64,000 nt of DNA from Calcarisporiella thermophila CBS 279.70 (GCF_041956535.1 NW_027192204.1:615905-679904), one strand, 5' to 3'; shown: positions 26,737-40,233, counted from the first letter of the stretch. Numbers and translations: made by a program. The notes: generated by a model from the letters alone, not told the origin.

Positions 26737-28822
26737 ATGATGACGCAACAATCTGCATCTGATCCGACAAGTGGGCTGGAATCCACCACATCAAATACCT
26801 CTTTATCTTCCTTTGGACCAGGAAATCATACCCGCACAGACACATCGGGTTCTGCTGAAAGCAGTACTGCTTCACATGCCCAATCGAGTGCTGCATCATC
26901 TTCACCTTCGAATAAAATAGAAGTAGAAGATGTATCTAAAGTGGCCAACTCCGATTCAAAGCAGATACCAGCTTCTGGGACTGGCTCAAGTGCAGGCACA
27001 GGTTCAAGATCGGGCATGAATACGGTCAGTGCTGCCGGCCAGAATACGGGTGTAGATAAGAACACAAGTCTAAATAAGTCGCCTATGGGCTTCCGCCCTA
27101 TGTCTGAAATGGCTGGTCTCTCAGTTCCAAATTCCTCTGTAAACAGACCCGCTTCTGATATTTTGTACCCACATGCCCCGAAAGGCAGTAGTGGATATGG
27201 CTCAAACTCTCCAGAAGGTAAACCGTGCTTTCTTTACTACTATGCGAAGTGTACTGGCTTACTAATAGTTTCCACTTGTAGTATTGGCAATCAACAAATG
27301 GTATGAAAACTTTCAACAATATGAAAAGACGATTGAGGATATGGCCAAAGCAAGTCTTGATCAAACGTTCAAAGACGAGCTAAATGCGATAGATCAGTGG
27401 TTTGGTGCTCTTTCAGACGCAGAGCGCACTGCAGCTCTCTACACACTGATGCAATATTGCAATCCGGTTCAAATCCGCTTTTTCATCACCGTTCTGCAAG
27501 ATATGGCACGAAGGGATCCTGTGATGGGCGCTTTACTCTCCCCTGCAAATCCATCAGGAGACTCGATGCAGGCACAGTTGGCAAGTGCAATGGCAAAGAT
27601 GGATGAGCAAAAGACGCCATCTTATCGCCATCCTCAGCAACATCAACAGCAGAGACATTCCATGCAGCCTTCTTATCGGACGTCGCGGATTTATGATCGT
27701 CCCACTTCTGCTCTTGAGGATCGCGATAGGTACTCGTACACTCCACAAGGTGCAAATATCACGCCATCCGCACATCATGTTGGTGATGCAAGACACACCC
27801 ATAAGCAATCCGTGCGTATGACTGAACCACCCTTGATGCCCGCTCGACCAAAATCTGCTTGCGACTTTGATGCAGGAATGGGATTGAATTTTCCTCCGGC
27901 TCTTGAAACGGTTGCTGCAGCCTTCTCTTCGCGCAGATCGTTTGCTCTCGGCGGCGTGAATACGATAGACAAATATGGGAGGCCCAAGTCTGCTGATATT
28001 TCTCAGCATCCGATGAGCGCTCGCCCTAAAACGTATGATCGCGCAGGACTTGAGCAGCACTCTCGTATTCGTCCCAAATCTTCAGCAGATCTTGACGCGC
28101 CATCAAATAGCGGGGTGAATAGTGCAAATTGGCGTGAGCCACAGCAAGGGATCACTCTCGATAATAACCCTCAAAGCTGGCGCAGGCGCAAATCCTATAA
28201 TCCTACATCCAACGCGGAGCTGAAAAAACAGCAAAGCACGGCAACAGGTGGGACTTTGAATATTGTGTTGTCGAATTTTGACGGAGATGGAACCTCCGAC
28301 AGCCTGTTAGATACTCTGCGGCATCCCACTCTTAGCCCTAAGCTACGCTCCTCTTCGCGTTCACGTCAAGGCTCCCGCTCACCCTCTCCCAGTCGACGCC
28401 CCTCGGCCGGATCAGTCATTCCACCACTGTCTCCCCGCCGGCCGGGAAGTCGTGGTCAGTATGGAAATTTCCTAACAGCTTCCCCAGGTGGAGAAGATGA
28501 ATACCTAAGCGATCACAGCGATATATCCAATCTAAGCTCCACAACCCGTCGTAACAAAAAAGTGGCGCCGGCAAACAACGGCGAGGGCGGTGGTGCAGTG
28601 GACATGACACTAGTGCAAGACGTCCCTGCGTGGCTGCGTAGTTTACGCTTGCACAAATATACCTCTAATTTCGAGGGACTGCAATGGAAAGATTTGGTAC
28701 GATTGAGTGACGAAGAATTACAGGCCAAAGGTGTCGCTGCGCTTGGAGCTCGCCGCAAAATGCTGAAGATATTTGAGACGGTGCGCACACATTGTGTGGA
28801 AAATAATATTACTTTTGAATAA
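26737..28822 (+). CDS. VTS1: Vts1/Smaug SAM-domain RNA-binding protein
   Basis: Intron 27218-27281; IDQWFGALSDAERTAALYTL; C-terminal SAM DVPAWLRSLRLHKY...GVAALGARRKML. Confidence 0.93.
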
Positions 28823-29252
28823 TCCGAATATTCTATACAAACATTTAATATATTGGAGGGTGGTTATCATTTTATTTAGTGTCATCGAGCTAAGGTGATA
28901 AATCCAATTGTGACTTATTGTTATTTGTAGTATAATTTTCCTTCCACTCTTTAAAAAAATAAGGCATGGGTTTACCGCTTTTAGATTATATTTTCTATTC
29001 TCCTTTTTTTTTTATTGCTTATTTGATATTTTAATTTAACCACACATGTTAAAGAAAGATGCATATATAGTTATGATTGGAGTCCATTGTACAAAAAACA
29101 TTTTTGGTAGAACTCTTGATACAAGACACGCAATCCTGCCAGCAATAGAGGGTTTAAACGCCATTGGTATAAATACCCTCCTTCTTCTCCTCTTCCTTCC
29201 ATATTCTAATTATATGAGTTTTCGAAGACTTTTCACTTTTCAGGCTATCGCA

Positions 29253-30235
29253 ATGGCTAAATATGAAGTCCATTATTTCCCTGTCCATGGGCTGGTATAT
29301 CCTCAAGAACACTTAACATTAAAACCCTTTTATTAATCAGTATTAATTTTACAATTGATGTTGGCGATTTTTTTTATTTTCTTGAATTCAGGGAGAATTG
29401 CCGCGGCTAATGCTAGAATATGCCAAGGTGTGTTAGGTTATTTAATCGAATTACCATCCGTCTTTCAGGTCATGTTATTAAAAGTAGAATGTCCTATTCC
29501 TTATTTTAGGCTGACTACGAAAACGTGTTTATCGAGGACTGGAGGAAACCTGGCGCCACTCAGTGGCTGAATGAAATCAAGGACAAAACTCCACTTGGGC
29601 ACATACCAGTTTTAGTAAAAAAGGAGAATGGCGAGGTAACTAATGATCTCTTCAGCCAGGCCAAACAGATCACATTTAAACTGACTAATAACTATGTAAT
29701 ACTTTCAGGAATTCGTGTAAATGCAAATTTCTCTTCACTATTTTTTGTGAACTTGATGCTGACAAACCATGTTATTAGCCTCGCTGAATCGGGCGCTATC
29801 AACCGCTACCTTGCCCGTGATCTCAATCTAATGGGCAACCCTTCAGATGCTAAGGAAACGGCCTACATTGACATGGTCAACGATGCGTGGCACAGTTTTT
29901 GGCCTACTTATCTCAATTTTCATCGCGTTGCTCGCAACCCTGGTACAAATAGTCATGTCGATACATTTTTTAATAATGTTCTCCCCAAGCACTTGCCCTT
30001 CCTGGAACGTTTATTGGATAACAAAGGAAGCTATCTCGGCCAACAGCGCATAACTATTGCAGATTTACATGCGTATGTGTGGATGCATCGAATCATAAAT
30101 ATTTGTAGGAGGAACGATATTTTTGAGAAGTTTGCTCCTAATCACCTTAAAATGTATGAGCGCTTAGCTGAGGAGCCACAAATTAAAGAATATTATAAAC
30201 CTGGAGGAAAGTTTGAGAGCATTTTTTCATACTAG
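29253..30235 (+). CDS. Glutathione S-transferase (sigma-like)
   Basis: Spliced protein: MAKYEVHYFPVHGL/GELPRLMLEYAK/ADYEN...KTPLGHIPVL...ENGE/EFV/LAESGAINRYLAR...ITIADL. Includes an 8-nt microexon at 29709-29716. Confidence 0.88.
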
Positions 30236-30906
30236 GAAAGTTGCTATGAACTTCATGTGATACCCCTGATTCTACATGGGATCTACCCCCTGGCCAGGTT
30301 TAACGTTATAAATAAAAAATACCTATTTTATACCAATTACATGATTGGCCTCTGCCGAATACGCATTGTATTTTTGTTCGGTAGGTCGTTTCTAATTTTA
30401 AGAATAAAATGAGTTAACCCTCACGTTCCAATACAACTTTCGCTGAAACGATAGCGATTATTGCTTTTTGCCCTCATTCAAATCTGAATCTTAGAAACGT
30501 GAAATCTAGGTCTATTCACCTAATTTAGAAATGTTGAATGAGAGACAGGTTTGCTATATAAATTGTGCTATCACTAGTTTGCACCTGTATAAATTTATAG
30601 TAATATTAGTTTGAAAAAAGGGCTCTTATCAGTACATCTGTTGAAAGATAGTGGCGGAAGTAGTGCAAATGCTCCGAAGGAAGTACCACGCGTAACCTTG
30701 TGTTTTTTTTGGTGACCAAATGACACGTTTGGCTTAGCAAAAAAGTCTTTTTTAGCAATTCATTCTCATACCGATACTCCACTGGCCTATTCACCCTTTT
30801 TCACCACAAGAAGAAAAGCTCAGTATTGTAGAACAGAGCAAAAACCCTGAACTCGGATATTATATAAAGACAGGATGGAATGTCCATTTCCATTGCAAAA
30901 AAAAAA

Positions 30907-31306
30907 ATGAATTTCTTCCGATTACCCCTATTGAGTAAAAAAGAAGACTCTAAATCCTCCTGTTACAATCAGAGAAATATAATGGTACCATGCATGATGC
31001 TAATCATGATCGCTATAACACTTCCAAAAACTACTGCACTAGAACTGGATCTAAAAGTATACTTTCGTTTATTTTTGTTAAGCTGAATGCAAAATATCAT
31101 TAGCATTTTGATTATTGCAATAAGATATCCTCTAACAAATTGCGTTTACTTTTCTAACAGTGTGTCAGGATTGAATGGCCAGTCGAAACGAATAGTGTCT
31201 ATAATGCGAATAAGTGCGAATTTGTCTATCGTAACTATTTATCCCACAGTTATTATTGCTTCTATCCATAATGATAATTTATTTCAGGTGGACGCTGTTT
31301 GAATGA
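30907..31306 (+). CDS. Possible small spliced secreted or membrane peptide
   Basis: TATA-like motif at about 30860, hydrophobic stretch (MMLIMIAITL), in-phase GT-AG introns 31057-31160 and 31214-31287. No recognisable domain. Confidence 0.25.
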
Positions 31307-32316
31307 CAAGATATACAGTACTACTTCATCTAAACGAAGGTCGAAACCACTGGTGAGTAGTAATTGATTAATTAGCCCACTATTCCAGCTTAAAATTATC
31401 ATATTCATATTTGTAATATTAACCCATTTCCCCCCGAATCCTAGCGCTTTTCTGAAGATAATTTTAGTGAAATAGCTTTTCAAAATCCAAATGAGTTCTG
31501 GCGATATTTGAATCTGGAGGAATCGTCTAACTATTACAGACTTTCTCTGGTTAATGGCCTTTACAGACTTTGAAATCGGCGCTTGTAGTTTTGAACTCCT
31601 TGTTTCGTCGTTGGCTCCATATCTGAGGAGGTATAAATAGGGCATGCATTCCAATAACTAGAGATATCTTCTTGTACCTATAATACCTATATAATTAGGC
31701 TAGATCTTACCATTTAACAGTTGCATATGAATAAAGCATAATATAATATAGAGGGACGAGAAAATCCAAATATTCATAAATAGGAACGTCGGAGCCGATT
31801 ATTAACGACTCCGAAGGAGATACAGCATTGAGATTATATTGTACCAAATACAGGTGACATGCTTGGATTTACCAATATAGTATAAAGTTATGTCATACTA
31901 TATCGGTAATAAAAATGTTATATACTGGTCAAAACTAAATAGTTTTATGGCGAGTATATCAACAATAACTTCTGGTACGGAAATATACCCGAGGACGTAT
32001 TTCCGGTTTTTAAAATTCGAGTCAATTAGGTTACCGTGAGAGTGTCGGCGGGAGCGCAGGTTGACGAACATTTTAAGCTTACGTTTATATTGCTGAAATT
32101 AGTATGGTAGAACAATTAAGCAGAGACTAAATTAACCATAGCGCGAGAATTAATTAGGGGAAATGCGCTGAGCCCATATTGAAAGGGATAAACAATGTAA
32201 GGATAGAGAAAGGTGCCTATTTGCCGCATATTGTAGAACAAAAAGAGGAATTTGAAAATTAAGTATATAAGCCAAGCATAAATCCATTTCCGACCACAAG
32301 AGAAGCTTGAAGTAAA

Positions 32317-35130
32317 ATGAAAACATCTCAACATAGGTTGCATGAGAGCTATGCCGATTCCTACTATGCTAATAATAGCCTGTCAATCTCTCCAAATAAA
32401 TGGGGAAGCATTAGAGTGTTTTGGATAATGGTTGCGTGTATCCTAACATTGCAACTCGCGATCGCACAGAATTTAGACTCGCAGGTAAATGTTTGTAATA
32501 GGACACTAGAAATACTCTGATTCGAGAATCATGATTGCTGAAATGAGTTCCGTCGTATATAAATTATGCTATTAAAGTTGCCCGTGTGTAATTCAGCTCG
32601 ATGTTATGAAGTAGCAGAAAAGATCAAATCGGCCATGAATCTAGATGTGAATCCTTGTGAAAATTTTTACCAATACTCTTGTAAAGAATTTTATATTCTC
32701 TGGCTATTGGATGCCATCTGCGCAACATCTTGATTAATCTTTCTTCAGGCGGAAATTTTATAGGTCCACCTGATGAAGATTATTATATTCCTGATCTCAA
32801 CATTGGTCTATTGAGCGGCACTAAGACAAAAAGTAAGGTGAGTTTGATCGGATCCTCTGGCTCATCTGAATCTTTCTTCGCACGCTTGAGATCTCATCGA
32901 GCTTTTCCAAATTATGCTCCATGTCTTAAATAGGAATATTTCAAGAACCTGCTGAATGGAAATTTAACAAATCCGAGCGAACGCTGGCCTTTGGTACAAT
33001 TGGGCGAAGAGGATTATTTAATCCATGAAAAGCTAAAGAAACTCTACAACACTTGCACCACCGACTTTCGAGATAAATACTTCAAAGTAATGACCAAAGA
33101 TAGTGTTAGCCAGGCATTTCAGCGGTTGGCTCCTTATCTTCACTTCGTCACTGAGAGCCTGTCATCGGAGCCGACATCATTGGGAATGTTACTTGCCAGG
33201 CTTAATACCTTGGGAAGAGGTGGGATTAGTAGTCCAAACCCTCTCTTCAGAATATCAGGTTCCACAATTTCAGGCACAGACCGGTTTTTGATCTTTAGAA
33301 GGTTTGAATTTGACTCTTGTGACCGAGTGGACCAATTTTGCATTGAGGAGATAAAAAGAGAACTTGAATTTGCAACCAATATCTCAATGCCCATTATCCA
33401 GCGAAAAACGCTGGACGAATTGGCACAGGAAGTTGCAAAGTTTTCGGTGGAGCTAGGAAAGTAAGTATTTCTTGGAATCTCCACCTATAAGGCTTTAGTT
33501 TGATTTTTTATATGCAGAGGATTTAGAGAAACAATGGAGGATTTGGGCTCAACACAAGAGATGACTATTGCCGAGCTATCTCGGAACATTCCTGTCATAG
33601 ATTGGGAAACGTACTTTAGGACACTCTTTCCTCCTTCCGTTTCCGTTCCCGAAAAAGTGTTTGTGGAGTCTCCAGGCATGGTGCGCAAGCTTACAGAACT
33701 TCTTTCCACTTCTTTTGAAGGATTTAAATCCTATTTAAATTATAATCTCATCAAGTACTTCAAAATGAATGTATTATATTATGCATCCACCGGAAATTTC
33801 GATAGATGTATTGATTTTGCTATTGATGCAATGCCTCTTGCTGCCGCGAGATTTCTAGTTCTTTCAGAATTTAGCCAAGCAGACAAAGATGCAATCGAGA
33901 CTAACTTGGCCCGAATTCAGCAAAGTTTTACTCTGAAGCTAGCGAAAATGAACTGGCTTAATAGCACTAAGATCCAAATCGCAGTTAATAGGGTAGGTTA
34001 GGATGTGTTCTTCTCGAAGTTTTCTCATAAACTAAGCCCTATCTGCGATGATAGCTTCACTCGTTAAAGAAATCAGTGATCATTTCCGACCATAACCCCA
34101 ATCTACTCTCTGGCAAAGAAGTAGCTGCCATGTATTCCGATTTCAATCCCACCGATGACCATTATGACAATATATTTATCGCTGCTAAGCACCATTTATA
34201 TCTCCGACTCTCCCTCATAGACAAACCAGTCGACCTTACTTCGTGGAAAGGTTTACCGAGATTTTTTGATGAATCCATAATTTCCGTCGATTATCATCTT
34301 TCCGAACCGAGTGTGTTGAGAATATATTCTGGTATAATAACAATCCTATTATCCTACAGATGCGTACTATTTCTCATGCATTCTAATAGATATCACAGAG
34401 CTATATGATCATGCATTACCCAGCTATGTAAATTTTGCAAGATTATACTGGGATATTGCAAAAAATATTATCGTAAGTTAATTTTATTGGATCTTAGGTG
34501 TAAGCGCCATTACACAAAAAGGGCATTTAATTAATGTTTCTATTACGAATATAGGATTCCTATGATACTCCAGATATTTCTTGGGATATTTCAAAGGGTT
34601 GCAGGGGCCAATGTTCTGAAAATAGCTATACTCAACGCTCCAAGTGTTTTGCTGATAAAGTAAGTGAATTTATGACTCTTGAAATAGATAGCTATTAAAC
34701 AGGTAAATCGATCCAATAGTATGCTGAGTATCTGAAGAGTCACCATAAAGAAAAATTGAGTCAATTCAGTCATATCTGGAGTCCAGATTCTCTACCAAAT
34801 AAGTGGGCAGTCTCCTTGAGCTATAATATATGGCAGCAGAATAAAGGCCAGGGTTATAATGCAAAGCTTCCGGGGCTTGAGTCTTACACGCCAGAGCAAA
34901 TGTTCTTTATCAATATGGCAAACAAGCTATGCCACAAAGCTTATCCTTGGGATGAGGTATCTCTAGTCCTATTTATCTGTGACAGGAGAGTGCTAATAAT
35001 ACGGTATTTAAAATTAAAGGGTTTCAACAGTCAAGAAGAAAAGATTGTATTGGGGATAGTGCAGGATAATGAGGAGTTCGTCCAAGCCTTCAAATGTCCT
35101 AACTATAAGGACCAATGTGAAGTATGGTGA
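32317..35130 (+). CDS. M13 neprilysin/ECE-like protein lacking the zinc-binding motif (pseudo-peptidase)
   Basis: Hydrophobic N-terminal anchor; CNSARC; MNLDVNPCENFYQYSCGG; IPVIDWETYF; KLPGLESYTPEQMFF; EEFVQAFKC; CEVW terminus; about 9-10 short introns. Confidence 0.85.
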
Positions 35131-35705
35131 AGTTGGTAATTAAACTATCAATATTATTCTCATTCTAGAGAATACGAAACATTCATTCCAACCATATATT
35201 AACTTGTCTTTCTTTAATAAAAACATTGATAATATATCCATTTGCATTGTCAATATAGTGCCACACTAACTTTACTACCGGCTTTTCCCATTTAAAAACA
35301 AGGTATATTTGCAAACTAGAATCTCCTAGGAATGGTTAGATTCTGTGCAAAGGTCCTTCGTACAGTTATTATGATATTGGGTTTGTGATCTGCATTATAT
35401 TAAATTTTATTTTTACATAGTTAATTTGATGATAAAATTTATATGGTAGACAGATAGATGAATATTCCATATTCTTCCTCGATACCAATGAGACCAAAAT
35501 TCATCTGTTGGATAATAAATATAAAAGCGATAAATATTCCAAGTTTTCCGGAACTTGACTGGTACATTTATTTTTTTTTTCAAACATAATTTCATAACAC
35601 TTAACTATATAATACCTATTTGTATCAATGGAAATATATGGATAAAAGGCAAATAGAGAGCATGGCTCTTATTTCTTCATTCTCGAAAGATTATTACTCG
35701 GACAT

Positions 35706-35891
35706 TCAGCAATTGCACCACCTGCACCATTTGGGACATTCACCACTGCGACAATTATTAACGCAAGAAGGCGGAAGACAGGGAGGAGCACACTGGCGTT
35801 TGACAAGGCGAGCAGTTTTATCATCAGCTGGAGAAGCCGACGCCATTGCAACAATTGCAGCAAAAATGGTGAGAGTGATTATTTTAACCAT
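35706..35891 (-). CDS. Small secreted cysteine-rich pre-pro-peptide (61 aa, 8 Cys)
   Basis: MVKIITLTIFAAIVAMASA signal, SPADDKTARLVKR pro-region ending in a Kex2 site, mature QCAPPCLPPSCVNNCRSGECPKWCRWCNC. Confidence 0.85.
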   Translation of the reverse strand: MVKIITLTIFAAIVAMASASPADDKTARLVKRQCAPPCLPPSCVNNCRSGECPKWCRWCNC

Positions 35892-38488
35892 CGTGAAAAA
35901 AAGAGATTTTTTGATATAAGAAAATTGATTTAATTGATTAGAATGAGTGAGGAAAATTGCAACGCAGGTCGAATCTCCTTTTATACACTTCTGAGTTAGT
36001 AGAATGGTGTTTGGCGTCGAAATGACATTGTAAAGGAGCAATGTAAACTGAAACTTTATGTTCGACTTCAAAGTGAGAAATTGTAGAAAGAATGAATTAA
36101 GCAAAGAGTTAGCTCAAGGTTATGCGGCGAGGTGGGAAATTATATACTTATAGACTAGACCTGATGTTTTGGAATTTTGTACCTAAGCAAAAAATTATAA
36201 GATTTTTCTATTACTGCATGCACATTACTAGCGCTCTCCATTTGTTTATTTAAGGCTAATAATTGAAACTATTAGCTGATATGGCTAAATCATATCATTA
36301 TCATTATATGTATTAAGCTTGAAATTCGGATGTTTTGCGTGAAGTCGTCTGCAACATGATTTTATCGAATTTCTATCTTTATTTCAAATGCTATACTATT
36401 CTTGGGTAGTAGAATTCAATCATTGTAAAATAGTTGAAATACAGTTTTCAGTTAAAACTTGGAATATTTCTTTTTTCATAACTCTATCTAAATGGGCTTA
36501 TACATATATAGAGCATATCTTTAAGTTACCATTCTAGTCATAAATAGAGGTTTGTACATTTTATAAAAAAATCAGTTGAAATTTCGTATAAACAGCCTGT
36601 AGTAATCAAAAAGCTTGAGAGAGGGGTAAGCTCAAAAGAGAGAGCACAGACATAATAACAATTCCCTATATATTTTGAAATATGTGGTACGTTCACCACT
36701 TAAAATATATCTCTAATATGAACATATATTCATAGTCTATATTTGTGTAAAATATAGTCAACAAAAATGGAAAAAGTTTGCACTATTTTAGAAGGTTGGG
36801 GTTATGCCAACCACTCTGAACTTTCTACATGATAATATGCATTTCGCACCGTGTACTAATTTGTCTTAGTCTGTTTTTCTGGGTTGCTCTTGAGAATATC
36901 TATTGTAAAACGTAATGGATGCTTGTAAAAATTTATTTGTATTCGATATTCCAATCTTGCTTTATTCGCTAATTCAATAATGTATATACACGTGAAATTT
37001 CATATTGTTGCTCTGCTGGAATGATTCTCTGTTTTCTCAGAAGCCTTTTCCATAATAAAAATTGTGTTAATTGTCTGACATCAATAGATACATTGGATTC
37101 AATCTTTACTTGAAAACAAAACACTATTCTAGTGTTCCCAGGCTTTGTGCATATCTTGTAGAGTTTATTCATGGCGTTGGTGTTGCAATTTTCTGAAGTT
37201 CGTTCGTATTGTCAGAGAAGATAAAGTCGACTAATTTACATCAGGTAGACATATCAAAGGAAATATTGCCCTCCGCATAAGTTCGACTCCCTTCATAAAA
37301 TACAGTATTTTGCATTGAAGCGACTTAATTATTTACTAACCAGAGTTCATTAGTCGAAATCAAATCGACTTCATAGTTCTATTCAAAATGGTGAATAGCA
37401 AATACTGCTAGCCATATCAAGAGCTGTTTTGACTAAAAAAAAAATAGTAAACTAATGCTCTGGTGGATGGATTAGTCACCAAGACACATTATAATGCATT
37501 TACATATATTGCTCTCGGCACATCCAAGCTTTAAGACTAAACATCTCAATGAGGGAATTATTTATTGAATGAAATTGGGGAAAATCACTAGTCTGTTTGA
37601 GCCAAGAGCTTGTTTTAAAAGCTAGTTTATTAGATAGACTAGAACATGAAAAGATTAGTTTTTCATGCAACCATCACTGCGTTTTGAATAATCGTAACTA
37701 TACATAATCGCTTTTCTTTACGCCCAATAATAATATCAAATCAATAAATACAACAAATATAATATGATTTACAAGCTCAATATCAGTATGCCAGTTCTTG
37801 CAAACGTATATATTCCTGAAGTTCCGCTGTTATTAATTGGACCTCTAATTACTGCCGTACTGGAGCAATTTATTTGATGAAGATACTGTAGGCCTTTATT
37901 TTCATTGATTATCGCCTTGCATCTGAGGTAAAATGATATGAGTAATAGACACACTCCGAAGGTGCTTGGAAATGATTCTATTAAGAAGCATCAAGAGGGA
38001 TCATCCTGGCACTAAACTATATTACAATTTCTGACCTTTTAGTGAGTGGGCTGCTTGAATCATTTGAATTTCCATGCCCACTTTATTATGAATATTTTAT
38101 GATGAAAGATGGAGTATTTCGATGAGAGCTACTTGGCTCAAGATTGTATGGGATAATGTGATCGAACAGATTTTTGGCTAGGAGTAAATCTCCCACATAT
38201 ATTCTTTACCGGCGCAAGGATACTTTGTTCCTTCAGCGTTGTCGGTAGAAATAATAAATTTAAAAGTAGTAATAGACGTAACTAAGCATATAGTCGCATG
38301 GGAGAGGACCACAATTTTGACTTACTAATTGAAACCCGATGATCTATATTTATCTATCCTACAGTCCAATGTATTAGAAAAATACCTATAGATTTCACAA
38401 ATCTCTGGGATTGGATAATAGTACTTAGAGTAAGTATTCAGAAAATTAGTAATGAGACTAATGGTAATTCCAATTGAAAAACAAAATA

Positions 38489-38572
38489 TCCGGCCACCCG
38501 GATTCGAACCAGGGACCTAAAGATTGCTATTATCACTACAGTCTTCCGCTCTACCAGCTGAGCTATAGCCGG
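38489..38572 (-). tRNA. tRNA-Tyr(GTA), intron-containing
   Basis: Minus strand reads CCGGCTATAGCTCAGCTGGTAGAGCGGAAGACTGTAG-[short intron]-ATCTTTAGGTCCCTGGTTCGAATCCGGGTGGCCGGA. All arms pair; T-run terminator downstream. Confidence 0.95.
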
Positions 38573-38655
38573 ATTACATAATTTGTTACTAGAAAATCAG
38601 TTTTTGGTACGAGCAAGTCACTTTGACAGTCACACGGTATTCGAGAGCCTAACGC

Positions 38656-38970
38656 GCCGTCTCTGGATGGCACAGTGGTTAAGAGCCCCGGGACTTAACC
38701 AATGTGTGCTGGGTTCGATTCCCGGCGACGGCACCTGTACTTGAGATGGATCCGGGACATACTCTAGGAATCGAGCTAAAATCTACTTAGTTCTTAATAA
38801 TTTGATATTGATCGTTCTCAGAAAACAAGAAATATGTTTAATATAGTGACTTGTCAGAAGAAATACATGTAAGCAATGGTTGAGCGTTAGAAATAGCGTG
38901 CAAATCCTTTCATTTAACTTGTATAAGAGACTTTTCAATAAAAGATCCTTCAATCTCAAAAAAAAAAAAA
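38656..38970 (+). mobile_element. SINE A (tRNA-derived head, poly(A) tail, 15-bp TSD)
   Basis: A box TGGCACAGTGG; B box GGTTCGATTCC; acceptor-like GCCGTC/GACGGC; A13 tail. TSD TCGAGAGCCTAACGC (38641-38655) / TCGAGAGCGTAACGC (38971-38985). Confidence 0.9.
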
Positions 38971-38979
38971 TCGAGAGCG

Positions 38980-39261
38980 TAACGCAGTAACCCCTACCTT
39001 ATCCCCCTCCTATCCTCTGCTTCCATTTGTTTACTACCCACCCCATTTCTCATGTTATCCTTGGATATCCACAGTTAGTTGAGTTTCACCACTCCCTTAC
39101 CTATTTGAGCTGAAATTCGATATGACCAACATATAATTTCGATCTACGATATCACCCAAAGCTTTAGCTTTGACTTCCCTTTCACATTATTGCTTATAAT
39201 AATGTAACAATTGTATTTTAGAGTCTTTCTATACAATAAAGACTCGGCATTGATAAAAAAA
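38980..39261 (+). mobile_element. Element B: 5'-truncated non-LTR 3' UTR fragment
   Basis: Pyrimidine-rich body, 3' hairpin GAGTCTTT...AAAGACTC, A-tail. TSD ACGGTATTCGAGAGC(C/G) at 38634-38649 and 39262-39277. Confidence 0.8.
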
Positions 39262-39285
39262 ACGGTATTCGAGAGCGTTCTCGGA

Positions 39286-40213
39286 ACACTTGCAAAAGAT
39301 GTTCCCTAGGGATACCTGAAACCATTGCCCATGCCTTTCTAGACTGCCCAGCTATCGCACAACTCTGGCAAAGAGTTGATGAGACAAACTGCCGAATAAT
39401 TGGAATACCGCCACACGAATCCACGAGAGAAGACAGACTGTTTGGACAAGACAAACAAATAAGTCAACGCTTCAACGAAGTGGTTGCTCTGAGCCACGAC
39501 ATAGCCCTGTGGATAATATACCGCTCGAGACTTGAATTAGTGCTGGACGATGTCCAACCCAATCCGGTAGCCATAACCAAACAATTTGACCACGAACTAC
39601 AGCGAGGAATAAAGTCCAAGTGGTGGATGGCAATGAAACAGGAAGGGAAAAGAGACTTCATCGATAAATGGTCAAGGGGAAACTGGGTGAACACCATAGA
39701 TGATTCTGTGATTTTCATCCAGAACACCTCCGAAGATCAAATCCCAGCCCCAACTCCGGCCTGAGAACTGCACCCAACCCTTCACTGCTGTATATTAATA
39801 CCATCTCCTCTATCGTTCTTTTCCCTACTTTTTCTTTTTTTTTTTCCTTTTTTCTCCTTTCCTCTTCCTTCTTTTACTTTTTCAATCCTTCACTTATTTT
39901 CGTTATTTCATGCACACAATCAGCCTATCTTAATACCATTGCACACAACTTTTTATCCCTCCCTCTTACAGTTATTCCTATCCCCTTCTTTATTAAGCTA
40001 ATTGCTGTTTCCATACTTTCCTAGCTCTTTCCTCATCACCTTTTCTCTCTTCCTCTTACACTTAAATCCTTTTCTTCCTTTCTTTCTTTTTCCTTCTATC
40101 CTCCAAATTCTGCAAGGTAGGCCAGGAGCATTACCTGGGTGATTTTGACGTAGAGGCTACCCAACCTTTCTAACAGGATAGGACACTTTCAATAAAGGTC
40201 CTTTGTTAAAAAA
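39286..40213 (+). mobile_element. Element C: 5'-truncated LINE (L1/Tx1-like ORF2 C-terminal zinc knuckle + 3' UTR)
   Basis: Open frame to TGA 39764 with CKRCSLGIPETIAHAFLDCPAIAQLW (zf-RVT-type CCHC); pyrimidine-rich UTR; A-tail. TSD about 20 bp at 39266-39285 / 40214-40233 (2 mismatches). Confidence 0.88.
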
Positions 40214-40233
40214 TAATCCAGAGCGTTCTCGGA

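Noticed and set aside
36100-38480. Short ORFs in the AT-rich spacer, including a weak echo of the M13 gene (NKLYKICT)
   Set aside because: Too short and stop-ridden to support a gene or pseudogene call.
38656-38733. tRNA-like head read as a real tRNA (e.g. tRNA-Sec or a suppressor)
   Set aside because: The anticodon stem does not pair, there is no T-run terminator, and it is followed by a body, an A-tail and a TSD, so it is a SINE head.
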